From: Octopus bimaculoides
Taxonomy: Eukaryota
Assembly (NCBI RefSeq): GCF_001194135.2
Contig: NC_068994.1
Coordinates: 3,032,717 to 3,096,716, forward strand
DNA length: 64,000 nt
Direction: 5' to 3'
The notes beneath the pieces were generated by a model that was not told where the DNA came from, searched no databases, and was given only the letters and a program-made list of their open reading frames with translations. Below, piece after piece: positions 25,842 to 40,425 of this stretch (the stretch's first letter is position 1; each line of letters starts with the position of its first letter). The position numbers and the translations under genes are program-made.

Positions 25842-25873
<32 letters not shown>

Positions 25874-26145
25874 CAACAACACATCTAATGAGGGATTAGC
25901 AGTTTTAATGTTACTTTAATGTTGTGGGGTAAAAAGAAGAGGTGGGTTCAAAGGGTGGAGGCAGGTGAGGAAAAATTAAGGAATATTTCCTATAGAAGAA
26001 AGAGAGGGGGAGGGAAAGCAGGGAGAGAGAGGGAGGGAGAGAGGGTGAGGGGGAATGGAGAGAATAGAGAAGAAAAAAGAAATATAGAAGAGGAAAGAAA
26101 GGAAAATGAAATGGAAGAGAGGAGAATGTAACTGACTGTGAAATA

Positions 26146-26184
<39 letters not shown>

Positions 26185-26652
26185 CAACAACAACAATAAT
26201 GATGATGATGGTGGTGGTGATGATGATGATGACGATGACGATGACGACAGTGGTGGTGGTGGTGGTGGTGGTGGTGGTGATCCTTTCTGCTATAAGTACA
26301 AGGCCTGAAACTTTGAGGGAAGGGGCTAGTCGATTACATGGACCTCAGTACTTGACTGGTACTTATTTCATTGACCCTGAAAAGATGAAAGACAAAATCG
26401 ACCTCAGCAGAATAATAATAATAATAATAATCCTTTCTACTGTAGGCACAAGGCCTGAAATTTTGGGGGAGGGGGTAAGTTGGTCACATTGACCCCAGTA
26501 CTTGATTGGTTCTTAAAATATCAACACCAAAAGGATGAATGGCAAAGTCAACCTCGGAAGAATTTGAACTCAGAACATAGCGGCAGACGAAATACCGCGA
26601 AGCATTTTGCTCAGCATGCTAATGAGTCTGCCAGCACACTGCCTTAATCACA

Positions 26653-26724
<72 letters not shown>

Positions 26725-27885
26725 GTGCCACCAAAACTGCCATCCACCCCTTCCAATACTATGTCCACTCCACCAAGCATCCACACTGCTACCACCACCC
26801 TCACTCGACTACAGCTGCCACCACCAGCACCACTCATACCATTACACAACCATTACCTCCACCAATACCCATTCCACACCCTGTCTACATTTTCCCCACC
26901 CAATATGTTTCTCTCTCAATGTGCTTGTCTGCCATGCTAGAAATAACAGCTGAATCTCTCTCATTGGATAATGTAACATATGACTACATCATTCCTGAAT
27001 CAAAGACAGGATGGTCATGTTTGGAATACCTTTGATCAACACAACAACAACAACAACAACACCTTAGTCTATTTNNNNNNNNNNNNNNNNNNNNNNNNNN
27101 NNNNNNNNNNNNNNNNNNNNNNNNNNNNNNNNNNNNNNNNNNNNNNNNNNNNNNNNNNNNNNNNNNNNNNNNNNNNNNNNNNNNNNNNNNNNNNNNNNNN
27201 NNNNNNNNNNNNNNNNNNNNNNNNNNNNNNNNNNNNNNNNNNNNNNNNNNNNNNNNNNNNNNNNNNNNNNNNNNNNNNNNNNNNNNNNNNNNNNNNNNNN
27301 NNNNNNNNNNNNNNNNNNNNNNNNNNNNNNNNNNNNNNNNNNNNNNNNNNNNNNNNNNNNNNNNNNNNNNNNNNNNNNNNNNNNNNNNNNNNNNNNNNNN
27401 NNNNNNNNNNNNNNNNNNNNNNNNNNNNNNNNNNNNNNNNNNNNNNNNNNNNNNNNNNNNNNNNNNNNNNNNNNNNNNNNNNNNNNNNNNNNNNNNNNNN
27501 NNNNNNNNNNNNNNNNNNNNNNNNNNNNNNNNNNNNNNNNNNNNNNNNNNNNNNNNNNNNNNNNGGTGGGGTGGCAGGGGCTGAGACAGCTCTGTTATCT
27601 CTCCCCCCCACCACCACCACCACCTCCGATCACAGACTGCATGATACTGCTCCACACTCCATAAGATTTGCATTGATTACTTGGTTTGGGGAGGGAGAAC
27701 AACAACAACAACAACAACAACAACAAACACATCAGCTGCAGAAGAAAAAACATTAACAACAGCTGTAGCAACAGTAACAACAACAACAACAGCAACAGCA
27801 AAAGAAATCAGTAACAAGAATCATTAGCAACCGTAGCAACAAGGCCAGCTGCAGCAACAGCAGCAAGAAGAATATTAGTAACTAT

Positions 27886-27916
<31 letters not shown>

Positions 27917-27918
<2 letters not shown>

Positions 27919-28119
27919 AATCCTTTCTACTAAAGGCACAAGGTCTGAAATTGTTGGGGAGAGGGACGAGTCAATTACATGGACCCCAGTGTTTCACTGG
28001 TCCTTAATTTATTGACCCTGAAAGGATGAAAGGCAAAGTCGACCTTGGTAGAATTTGAACTCAGAACGTAGCTAAGCATTTCATCCACCGTGCTAACAAT
28101 TCTGCCAGCTCACCGCCTT
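27917..28119 (-). mobile_element. tRNA-derived SINE family C; other copies ~17988-18200(-), 26277-26410 and 26425-26642(-), 31393-31630(-), 59385-59542(+), partials 11060-11165, 12600-12700, 21660-21790, 22660-22745, 31030-31270, 44935-45080, 57405-57490
   Basis: The minus-strand head ggcggtgagctggcagaa..ctgagttcaaatt carries A/B boxes, followed by the body ctttgcctttcatcctttc..gaccccag and an end aaaggattat(t)n. Confidence 0.85.
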
Positions 28120-28832
28120 AGTAGTTGTAGTAGTAGTAGTAGTAGTAATAATAATAATAATAATAATAATAATTTATTCTTTTATTAGCCACAAGGGCTC
28201 AAATACAAAGACATGAAATGACATACAACCTAAAAGAAAACCAAATATATCAGCTGAAAAAGCATTAGCAACATCTGTAGCAACCATAACAACTACAACA
28301 ACAACAAAAATAGAGAAGAGTAACAAAAGTCATTAGCAACAAACCCAACAACAGCAATAGCAACACCATATCTTACAGCAGCTATAACAACAACACCAAG
28401 AGCAACACCTGGCGCTCCGTCAGTTATGACGGTTGGTGTTCCAGTTGATCCGATCAATGGGACAGCTTCTCTTTCATTCTTTTATTCTTGTATTTGTTTC
28501 AGCCATTTGACAGCGGCCATACTGGAGCACTGCCTTGAGGGGTTTTAGTTGAACAAATCAGCCCCAGGACTCATTTTTTAAGCCTAGTACTTATTCTATC
28601 AGTCTCTTTTACTGAACTGCTATGTTATGGAGATGTAAATATACCAACACCAGTTGTTAAGAGGTAGATATATATACATATCTAGATAAATGCATATTCA
28701 TATATATTTAACAAGAGGATTTGTTAACCTTGTGAAGGGATGGTTGTATCCAAGGGAATACTGGTTCAATACTTAGTATTGTTGAGGAATGAAATTCCCT
28801 TAAAACAATCAGTATACATCAAGCATATAGTT

Positions 28833-29266
28833 TATATCCAGTTAAAAGAAGAAAAGGAAATGGAGATAAGGAAGTTAATAATTATTTATTATTAACAAAT
28901 TAGTCATCTTTGCTCCTTACAGCCATTTCAATTAATACTCAATAATTTAATTACAAATTTATACATTAAATTTGCATTTATGTGACATGAGCATAATTTC
29001 ATCAGAGGAGAAAAAGATGAATCTTGAGATGTTAGATGAGTCTGCTCAAATGAATTGATAAGTCTACATATAGCATCCAAAGGTACATCTTTCTTTTCTC
29101 TGATGAAATTATGCTCATGTCACATAAATGCAAATTTAATGTATAAATTTGTAATTAAATTATTGAGTATAAATTGAAACAGCTGTAAGAAGTAAAGATG
29201 ACCAATTTGTTAACAATAAATTATCAACTTCCTTATCTTTATTTTCTTTCTTTTCTTCTTTTAACT

Positions 29267-29273
<7 letters not shown>
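28833..29273. mobile_element. Foldback / MITE-like element with ~185-bp terminal inverted repeats, flanked by TA
   Basis: 28833-29019 is the near-perfect reverse complement of 29086-29273 (TATATCCAGTTAAAAGAAGAAAAG...CATCAGAG..AAAGATG), with a 66-bp spacer and no ORF. The right end abuts a (TA)n run. Confidence 0.85.
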
Positions 29274-29344
<71 letters not shown>

Positions 29345-29975
29345 GACAGGCTTCTTTCAGTTTCCATCTACCAAATCCACTCACAAGCCTTTGGTCACCC
29401 CAAGACTATAGTGAAAGACACTTGCCCAAGGTGCCGTGCAGTGGGATATAGTTTGTTCACTGCTCTCAGTGTGAAGAATGAAAAAGACTCTGTTGTAGTG
29501 AACATACTATGCTGTAGTGAACCAACTGAAAAACACTGAACAGGGTCTGCTGTGGTTCTTTATGCATGATTTGTGCACATGTAAAGCTGATAAGACATCT
29601 TTATATGTCCACATATGCATTCATAAAACATGCGCACATGTTTATACATATTTATACACACTAACATACATGTGATTTGATACATATAAATTCATACACA
29701 CTCATATGGGAACTAATATATACACACATAAACTGGTTCCTAAACATTCACACACATTCACAAACATGCATACACACATACAGATGCACAAACGTGTGTG
29801 GGGGTGCATGCATGTGTGTGTGTATATATACATGTATATATGTGTGTGTGTGTGTGTGTGTATATTTATATATATATCTCATCTTTNNNNNNNNNNNNNN
29901 NNNNNNNNNNNNNNNNNNNNNNNNNNNNNNNNNNNNNNNNNNNNNNNNNNNNNNNNNNNNNNNNNNNNNNNNNNN

Positions 29976-30029
<54 letters not shown>

Positions 30030-30239
30030 ATATATATGTAGAGAGAGGGAGAGAGAGAGAGAGAGATAGAAAGAGAGATGCACACATACTTATACAAACA
30101 CAGACACACACACATGCACACACCTACACACACATATATAGGTGTATATGTATCTATATGCAATCACACACATATCCACATACAAACATATACTTAAATT
30201 TCATCATCTGTTTCACCAGACCAGACCAGAAAGGTAGAT

Positions 30240-30720
30240 CTTTTCCAGCACAGCATGGCACCAATCCATACAATCATTTTCCATTTCCTCCATGACTCAT
30301 TGAGATACAATAACTTGAGTTGTGTCTTCATTACTCTGGGCCCAAGTCTTCCTCGGCCTTCCTTTTACTCCATGCTCCATTCATTCCAAGCATGTGGCAC
30401 TTGTTTACACAGCTGTCTGTCCTCCTCTGTAAACATTCCTTATAATCATACTTATGCAGTCTTCTCCCTTGCTCATTACAACTGATTTCTCTGGCGTTCA
30501 GGTTTTCTTTCAGCCCATTTGTGTTCTGTCAGTCGTGCACCTTCACATTACACATCCAGTGGAGCATACTCACTTTATGTCTTCTCAAATCCCCTGAATT
30601 CAATGCCCATCTCTCACTACCCTGCATCATCCTGATTCATCCATCAATATCATACGATCTGCCCTTTGCTCTGATGGAAAAGTTGTAGTAATAATTCCCT
30701 GGACTTTTTCAACCAATCCT
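30240..30720 (-). mobile_element. Degraded RTE LINE fragment
   Basis: The minus strand gives MQGSERWALN..SMLHWMCNVKV..LKENLNAREISC..DSCVNKCHML, collinear with the other RTE copies. Confidence 0.75.
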
Positions 30721-33214
30721 TATGTCGACAAATAAGCTTCCTGAATACCCCCTCCTCCTCCTCCTAACTGCTGGTGCAATAACCTCATGCATGGGCGTTG
30801 CTGGCATTTTGCATGGGCAATGGTCACAAGTGGATAGCCATCATCATCATCATCACCATATATATAAGACAAATTCTATATTATATATCAATACTTAAGT
30901 ATTTAACTACACAAATAATAAGAGGTGTATACAGCTTACATGTTATAACTGATTTGCAAATACAGTCCTCATATAGACATATATATACATGGTGTGTAAA
31001 CAATCTCATTTTAAGGAAACATCTTCAACATTAACTTACTGGTACTTTATTTTACCAACACCAGAAAAGATGAAAGGCAAAGTTGATTGTGATGGAATTT
31101 GAACTCGAGAAGTAAAAAACTGGAAGAGATACTGCAAAACATTTTTCTGACATGCTGAAATGAGTGAGCTGATTAAATTGACCCCAGTATATGACTGGCA
31201 CTTATTTTATCAACTCCGAAAGGTTGAAAGGTAAAGTCGATCTTGGCGGGATTTGAATTCAGAATGTTAAAAAGCAGAAGTAACACAGGGCATTTCATCT
31301 AAAAATATTAAGATCTGGAAATAGAGACAACCAAAACTGAGACGACTGAAAACATAAACAATCTCTATAATAATAATGATGATAATAATAATAATGGTTT
31401 CGATTTTTTGTACAAGGCTAGCAAGTCCAGGGGAAGGGGAAAATTGATTCCATTGACTCCAGCACTCAGCTGGTACTTATTTTATTGACCCTGAAAGGAT
31501 GAAAGGCAAAGTCAACCTCAGCCGAATTTGAACTCAGAATCCAAAGACAGACAAATGCCAATTAACCCTAATGCCAATTAAGCACTTTGCCCAGCATGCT
31601 AACAATGCAGCCAGCTTGCCACCCTCACCATCTGCACTAATAAAGAATATGACATCACTTTTGTGTATATATGTGTGTGTGTGTATGTGTGTGTGTGTAT
31701 GTATATATATGCATATGTATATATGTAGCATTACTGATATGCCATGGAAAAGTCTATTTCTCCACTGACACCAACTTCTTCCTCATTTTATGTTATTTTT
31801 CATTTGATAACTTTTTTAGGTCCATGTTTTTTTGTTTTTTTTTGTTCTTCTTCAGTCCCTGACTCATTTATGTATTTCAATAAAGTGGTCCTGTTTTGCA
31901 CACAAACATCTTCCTTTCTTCCCAGCCAGGGTGGAGAAGCACCGTATATTCCAGAAATGTTGTTTATTTGTAGTTCATTACCTGCAGACTTCTGTATGAA
32001 GGTTTGAACCCGTGTCCATATGCCATCAAACATCTGGCCTGTTCAATGCTTCATCACAGAATTGTCGGCTGGTATTTATTTTAACAGTGTTCGAAGGACA
32101 AGAAATGTAAATATTCCTGGCACTGCTATTTGATCCAATGAACCGTGAGTTCACAACTTGTAGCTGGCAATTATCAATTCTCTCTTTGTATAGTTGCTGC
32201 TTAGTCAACCGCCGAGTGACATGTCATTTATTATTGCCAGTTCTTTGAACAAGGTGATGAGGGGAGAAAAAAATATGGTTGCTGAATCGAGTGGAATGTT
32301 TATCATACAGCTCGCCTCGGTCTTTGGAAGTATTTCCATTAAACAAACTGTTGCCCGGAATTCTTACCGGTATGACAGTTTAGAAAACAACAACAAAGCT
32401 ATCAAACTGCTGCCAGCCGTAGCCATCAACATCTGATGAATTAGCTGTACAGACACTTTCCTTTGTAGACAGACTGCAGTTTCTATATAAGGTAGCATAC
32501 AGCACCACACAAACTGGCAGTGAATAAGGAGTGTTCAGCTGAGGGACTGGATGCACATTCGATAAACACACAATGACAAACTGGCTTCTGATGGCACAGC
32601 AATGCGAATAGATGCATACACAAATTAAGCACGTGCTATCGAACACACAGATACAGAGGCAATTGTATAAATGCAGTTGCAAACGCATACATATGCAAAC
32701 GCATAAACCAAATCAGATTGAACTGCATACCTTCGAGAAAGCACACACAATAATATTGGCAGATTGACCCAAGGGGAAGTAAAAATACCTTCAGCTCTGT
32801 GTGTGTGAATGTGTGAATGTGTGAATGTGTGAATGTGTGTGTGTGTATGTAGATATTTATGAATAAATATATATATGTATGTATGTATATATATAGCCAT
32901 TATATTTTAATATCGTTTTAATAGCAATACCTATATTTCTTAATGTATTTTACATGTATATCTTCACATGTATGTTAAATTACATTATTTTTATGGCTCT
33001 ACCTCATGAATTGAGCACTTTGTGTGATTATGGCATAAAGATATATTGAAAGAGATAGTGAAAAATATCTGTATGCAAGTGTAGATAGATAGATAGACAG
33101 ACAGGTAGGCAGACAGATAGATAGATACAAGCATACATATATACATACATAGGTAGATAGATAAATAGATAGTTAGGTAGGTAGGTAGGTAGGTAGACAG
33201 ACACACAGACAAAC

Positions 33215-33271
<57 letters not shown>

Positions 33272-33499
33272 TTAAAACAAAGAAAAAATGGGAGATGTGT
33301 GTGTATTTATGTATTTAGGTATGTTTATAAAACAAGACATGCACAAAGTTAGTTATAATTTAGAAATTAAGAGGAACTAGTATCATGAACTAATTAATAC
33401 CATGTACTAAGTAGTGACATGTACTACTAACTTACTAACATGTACTAACCACATGCAATAATTAGTAAGGTGTACACAGCTGAAAAGCAATATCAACAC

Positions 33500-33933
33500 T
33501 GACAACAACAACAATCAGCTGCAACAACAACAACAACAATAACAGTTGAGGTAGTGGCAGTACTAATTCGAAAAACCACTGATACCGCCCCAGTGTTGCT
33601 GTATCGTTGCAGCGTGACTATTGTCACAAAAGCACTGCAGCAGCAGCAGCAGCAGTACCAGCAGCAACAACAACAGCAGCAGCAGTTGTCTTCTAGTAGT
33701 AGTAGTAGTAGTGGTGGTGGTGGTGGTGGTGGTGGTGGTNNNNNNNNNNNNNNNNNNNNNNNNNNNNNNNNNNNNNNNNNNNNNNNNNNNNNNNNNNNNN
33801 NNNNNNNNNNNNNNNNNNNNNNNNNNNNNNNNNNNNNNNNNNNNNNNNNNNNNNNNNNNNNNNNNNNNNNNNNNNNNNNNNNNNNNNNNNNNNNNNNNNN
33901 NNNNNNNNNNNNNNNNNNNNNNGGTGGTGGTAA

Positions 33934-33987
<54 letters not shown>

Positions 33988-34010
33988 CAGCAGCAGCGGT
34001 GGTGGCAGTG

Positions 34011-34053
<43 letters not shown>

Positions 34054-34130
34054 CTGTAGTAGTACAAACAGCAACAGCAGCAACTGCAGCAGCAGTAGTA
34101 AGAGCAGTAACAGTAACAGCAGCAGCAGCA
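33500..34130. repeat. Compound trinucleotide array (AAC/CAG/AGT/GGT) spanning a gap
   Basis: Read directly. Similar arrays lie at 3720-3890, 20300-20425, 21110-21215, 24410-24550, 26145-26280, 26655-26725, 58800-59380, 60405-60535 and 62370-62560. Confidence 0.95.
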
Positions 34131-34531
34131 CGAGTGCCGTTGGAGGAACCTACATGCTGACTGTAACATGAACATTAGCAATGATGAGAAACCTTGTGGT
34201 AGGCTTTCGCTAGATTTCTTTGATTCCTATTTCAGATCCTTTCCTCACACGTGTAATTAAAATCCAGCGGGAGAGATCACTGCAGAGGTAGAGAAGCAAT
34301 AAGGACAATCGACAATTATCTATGTATGCAAAGAGGTACAGATGTGGGTATGTATGTATGTATGTATGACTGAATGTGTGTGTGTGTGTGTGTGTGTGGT
34401 GAGAGAGATGTATGTGTGTGTGGCATATATGTAGACATATACACATGTGTGTGTATAATTGTATAAATACATGTATATATATATTTATATATAGGGAGAG
34501 ATAGATATATCTATCCATATCTATGTATATC

Positions 34532-34562
<31 letters not shown>

Positions 34563-35920
34563 GCATAGAGAGATAGAGAGTGTGTGAGTTAAGAGATATA
34601 GACACATGTAGGTTGATGTCAATCTGAAAAAAGAGAAAGAAAGGGAAAATGAAAAAGCGAAATGCAAAGTGAAAGTAGAGCTGTGTGTGAGAAGGGAGGG
34701 GTTGCTCGGTGAGATGTGGAATTATCAAATGAAAAGGTATGTGGCTGTCAGTAGACTTCACTCTGGCTGGTACACAATAAAATATAATTGCTTATATATG
34801 CACATATGTAAATATTTGGTCATAAACGTACATATGTGTGCAGTTTTCGTGTATACACACCTATTGGTGTTGATGTTAATGAATGTTATACACTCACAGA
34901 TGTGTACACATGATGATGTAGAGTGACTGTGACTTGTTATATACATACGTCAGAAATATACAGATGAATATTTAAACATACACCTAGAAGGGATTATATA
35001 TACATGTAGATATTTACATATTCAAGGTTGCCTGTATATATATTTTATACATATTATCATACATACATATATAATAAATATGTATATATATATATATACA
35101 CATACACACGCACACACACACACTCATATCTGTATGTATATACAAACATATATTCATTCATGTACGCAAACATACATACATACATCATATATACATACAT
35201 GTATATATATCTATATCTATTTATCTATTTATCTATCAATCTATCTATCTATATATATACACATATATATATATATATACACACACAAACACACACACAC
35301 ATATATATATATATATTTGTATGTATAATATCCATACATGTATACATACATATGTATACACACATAATCTAAGGCGAATTGTGGGATAAATAAATGTAAG
35401 TGTATTATTATACATACTTCTGTATGTATACATTCATTTAACTTATACATACATATGTGACAACAAATTCCATTCTATACAGATATCAATGCATGCATAA
35501 AGCCATTTGTATACACACGTATTTATACATGGACTGAGATAATGAATTCAATGTCAAGTGTGTGTGTGTGCGTGCACACACATGCGTGCGTGTGTGTATC
35601 TGTAAGTGCATGTATGTGTGTGGAGAGAGAAAGATGAGGAGAGAGATAGAGAGACAGACAGATAGTCAGACAGACAGACAGACAGATACAGACAGAAAGA
35701 TAGATAGATAGATAGATAGATAAGCAAGCAGGGAAAGAGGAGACAGACAAACAGACAGACAGGCAGACAGATAGATAGAACAGAACACTGTTTTGTTCAG
35801 CATTCAATAGCTGCAACCAAAATCACATGTGACAAACATGCACACACATGTATACATGCATATATATAAAGCACACATAATATATGCATATACACATATA
35901 CATGTGTGTGAGTGAGGATG

Positions 35921-35962
<42 letters not shown>

Positions 35963-36215
35963 CATATATACATATAATTATATATATATATACACACACA
36001 AACACACATATATGTATATGCGTATGTCCCTAAATATATATGTCTATGTTTGTTTATATACCAAGCAGTAATATTAAATTGAAAAAAAATACACACACAC
36101 ACACACATACACACACATTTACCCATATCACATGCATCATAAATGTGTATACAAACATGCATGTACAAACACAATCACAAGTATTCAGGGTATACACACA
36201 CACACACACACATAC

Positions 36216-36250
<35 letters not shown>

Positions 36251-36368
36251 AATATATATATATGTATATACCCTGACACACATACATAACTTAAATACAT
36301 AAATATGTGTATACATAGATGTAGGTCATAACAAGTCTATCTGCTTTTATGTTGTTATATGTAATCAA

Positions 36369-36810
<442 letters not shown>

Positions 36811-37061
36811 TGTAATTATGCAGATGCATACCTACTTTTGCAAACCAAATTCAAAACCTTATACACATAAACATTCATAAGTCCATATGAATCTATATGC
36901 ATATAATTGTATTCAGCTACATGCGTATGCACATGTATCAATAAATATCAATAAAAAGATAAATATTATACATATAACATAAATGCAAATGCTTATATCA
37001 GTATGTGCATGTATATATATATATATATATGTATACATAAACTTGAAATAAACGTTTATAT

Positions 37062-37460
37062 ATAGGCGCAGGAGTGGCTGTGTGGTAAGTAGCTTGCTTA
37101 CCAGCCACATGGTTCCGGGTTCAGTCCCACTGCGTGGCACCTTGGGCAAGTGTCTTCTACTATAGCCCCAGGCTGACCAAAGCCTTGTGAGTGGATTTGG
37201 TAGACGGAAACTGAAAGAAGCCTGGTTATATATATATGTGTGTGTGTGTATGTTTGTCCCCCACAACACATCATCGCTTGACAACCACTGCTGGTGTGTT
37301 TACGTTGCTGTAACTTAGCAATTCGGCAAAAGAGACTGATAGAATAAGTACAAGGCTTACAAAGAATAAGTCCTGGGGTCGATTTGCTCGACTAAAAAAA
37401 GGCAGTGCTCCAGCATGGCAACAGTCAAATGACTGAAACAAATAAACAAATAAAAGAATT
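37062..37460 (+). mobile_element. tRNA-derived composite SINE family B with an internal (TA)n(TG)n tract; other copies ~38570-38920(+), 57800-58170(+), 55795-55995(-), 47750-48232(-), 29345-29450 plus 28470-28670(-), 45670-45890(-), 56700-56880(-), 11480-11660(+), 43420-43510(+)
   Basis: A tRNA-like head (gtggctgtgtggtaag..gggttcagtccc) and a body ending ggaaactgaaagaagcc are followed by a microsatellite and then a second module (ttgtcc..gacaacc..gtttac..gaataagtac..gctccagcatggc..gactgaaac). Confidence 0.85.
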
Positions 37461-38187
37461 TTAAAAATACATACACACACACACACACTTGCACTAAAAC
37501 ATATATACACACATACACATATACATACGCATATATATGCTGTGTATATGTCAGTGTGTGCATGTGTGTAAATGCACATGTGACTATGTGTGTATGTGTT
37601 GGCAATTTCTGTCGGTACTATATAACCATAGTCCTACACATGCGCACACATGCACAAACACACACATGCACATGCGCGCACATGCACACACCTGTACGTA
37701 TGCACAGATACAAACAGCAATGCATTCAGCATCCGAATGGCCAGATTCGAAAGGTGGTATGGGTGATGCTTGTAGTGGGGTATCGCTGGTAAGGGTGAAG
37801 GCTCCAGTAACAGATGGAGAAATACTGTTTGTAACGGGTCTGTGTTATGTTATTGTTGTTGATAGGGAAGTAATGGTGGTGGTGGTGGTGGTGGTGNNNN
37901 NNNNNNNNNNNNNNNNNNNNNNNNNNNNNNNNNNNNNNNNNNNNNNNNNNNNNNNNNNNNNNNNNNNNNNNNNNNNNNNNNNNNNNNNNNNNNNNNNNNN
38001 NNNNNNNNNNNNNNNNNNNNNNNNNNNNNNNNNNNNNNNNNNNNNNNNNNNNNNNNNNNNNNNNNNNNNNNNNNNNNNNNNNNNNNNNNNNNNNNNNNNN
38101 NNNNNNNNNNNNNNNNNNNNNNNNNNNNNNNNNNNNNNNNNNNNNNNNNNNNNNNNNNNNNNNNNNNNNNNNNNNNNNNNNNNNNNN

Positions 38188-38260
<73 letters not shown>

Positions 38261-39344
38261 AATGTATATATGTGTATATATGCACATTCACACATGTATG
38301 CCCACATGCATACACGCAGACATAGAAAGAGAGAGCGAGAGAGAGGGAAAGAGGAGGAGAGAGATGAATAGAAAGGGAGAGGGAGAAAGTCTAAAAGAGG
38401 GATCTAAGAATGGTTGGTAGATAGGTAAGACTACATAATGAGGTAAACTTAATGCAGAAGATGCTTGACCTGTTAGAAATAGCAGCCAAATCTCTATCAA
38501 ATCATACTCCATCATCTTAGAAAATAGAAGGACACACATAATTTCTATATACCTATAAATAAGTTCTGTATAGGTGCAGGCGTGGCTGTGTGGTTCTGGG
38601 TTCAGTTCTACCACGTGGCTCCTTGGGCAAGTGTCTTCTACTGTAGCCTCGGGCTGACCAAAGCTTTGTGAGTGGGTTTGGTAGATGGAAACTGAAAGAA
38701 GCTCATTGTATATATATATATATATATGTGTGTGTATATATGTTTGTGTGTGTGTTTGTGTTTGTCCCTCGACCATTGCTTGACAACTGATGTTGGTGTG
38801 TTTACATCCCTGTAACTTAAAGAGACCAATAGAATAAGTACCAGGCTCACAAAGGATAAGTCCTGGGGGTGCTCCAGCATGGCTGCAGTCAAATGACTGA
38901 AACAAGAAAAGAATAAAAGAATACCTCTTCAAAAAAATGGAGTGGTCACATCTGGAAAACCTTTGATCATAATAGGTCTGCTTGAGCAGTGATGACTACT
39001 ACCACCACTTATAACAACAACAACAACATCAGTAGTCACTAGACCAGCTAGAAATAAAAGCTAAATCTACCTCTATTCACATCCTTCCATCTTATAAAAG
39101 GAAGGATACATTGAATAATGTAGTTTTATATATTCTCTGAAAATAGACAGGATGGTCACAACTGGACAAGGCTGACTCAGGACAAAACTTTAACAGCCAC
39201 AACAACACCGACAGCAAATGTTGCATTCTGTCTTGATTGTGGGGTCCCACCTGAAACCAGAGATATTCAAAGCAGCATCTTCATGGTCTCTGGACTACTT
39301 GATACACCTGTAGAATATCAGCCAATTCACCATCAAATCACACC

Positions 39345-39770
39345 TTCATCTTCATCAAAGTCCCTTAACTGATTCAGCCGGTGGTTGGGGTGCCACTCAA
39401 GGCCCTTTCATTGTCAGCCATTGTCAATGGTTTCTGTTCTCTGTCATGCATAACAGGTTTGCCGTGTTGTCACCTGTCCAGTCCTTGATGTCGTCAATCC
39501 AAGATTTTCTCTGTCTGCCTCTCGTCCTCCCTCAACTCTGCCCTGAAGAATGATTTTGAAGACAGAGTTGTGGCAGGATGCATAACCATACCAGGCAAGC
39601 TTTCATCTTTTTACCTGTGCAAGAAATAATTTCTGTCTGCCAGTGATTTGCTGCCCTACAGAGCTGTTTGTTTTGTGCTCCATGTGCGGGACGTGTAATA
39701 GCCTTCTGAAGCACTTGTGCTCAAATGCCTGGATTCTTTGCTCCATGTCAACTGTAAAAAAGAGGGATGG
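39345..39770 (-). mobile_element. RTE LINE 3' fragment, second subfamily
   Basis: TVDMEQRIQAFEHKCFRRLLHVPHMEHKTN..KLAWYGY..IILQGRVEG..GRQRKSWIDDIKDW, followed by a (GAT/GAA)-type tail at ~39345-39356. Confidence 0.8.
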
Positions 39771-40244
39771 TCTCAACTGGAATGCCTTTGATTCCAGGTT
39801 TAGCTCCATATCTGTTCAATCAGAACTGATCTAGGCTAAACGATAGGTGTACAGAAGCAGACTAAACCTTGCAGGTAGAAGCACATGTCCAGGCTGTTCC
39901 ACTGCATCTCATACAGTTCACTGCTGCATGTCAGAGTGTATAGTGTGGTCTTCAGATAGACAGGGACATGGCCCATCTGGAGCAACAGATCTGTATATTA
40001 CATGTGTGTATATGGTTGGCTGCCTGAGTGATATGGGTCACCTCAGTCAGATCTGACCTGGGGCTATACTACAACAACAACAACACATATATATATACAA
40101 TGTCATAAGATACAAAATCTCATCTGGTCATTCCAATCCAAACAGTATGCTTCACAGCCAAGGTCCTTTCTTTGAGCAAACACCTCTCTCTCTCTCTCTG
40201 TCTCTCCCTCTGAGTCGCTATGCCAACCTTTAGGAATATATTGC

Positions 40245-40362
40245 AGTTTGTCCCATTCCCCACCAAAAGTGGCAGCCTCTCCAGCCTTGCCACTACCAAC
40301 CTATTACTCTCATTTCCAAAATCTCAAACATAATGAAATCACTCATCAGCAATCATCCCTAT

Positions 40363-40425
<63 letters not shown>

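Noticed and set aside
33493-34181. Poly-Q/S/G ORF resembling a transcription-factor low-complexity region
   Set aside because: Open in several frames on both strands, spans an N gap, and has no recognisable folded domain or clear splice context.
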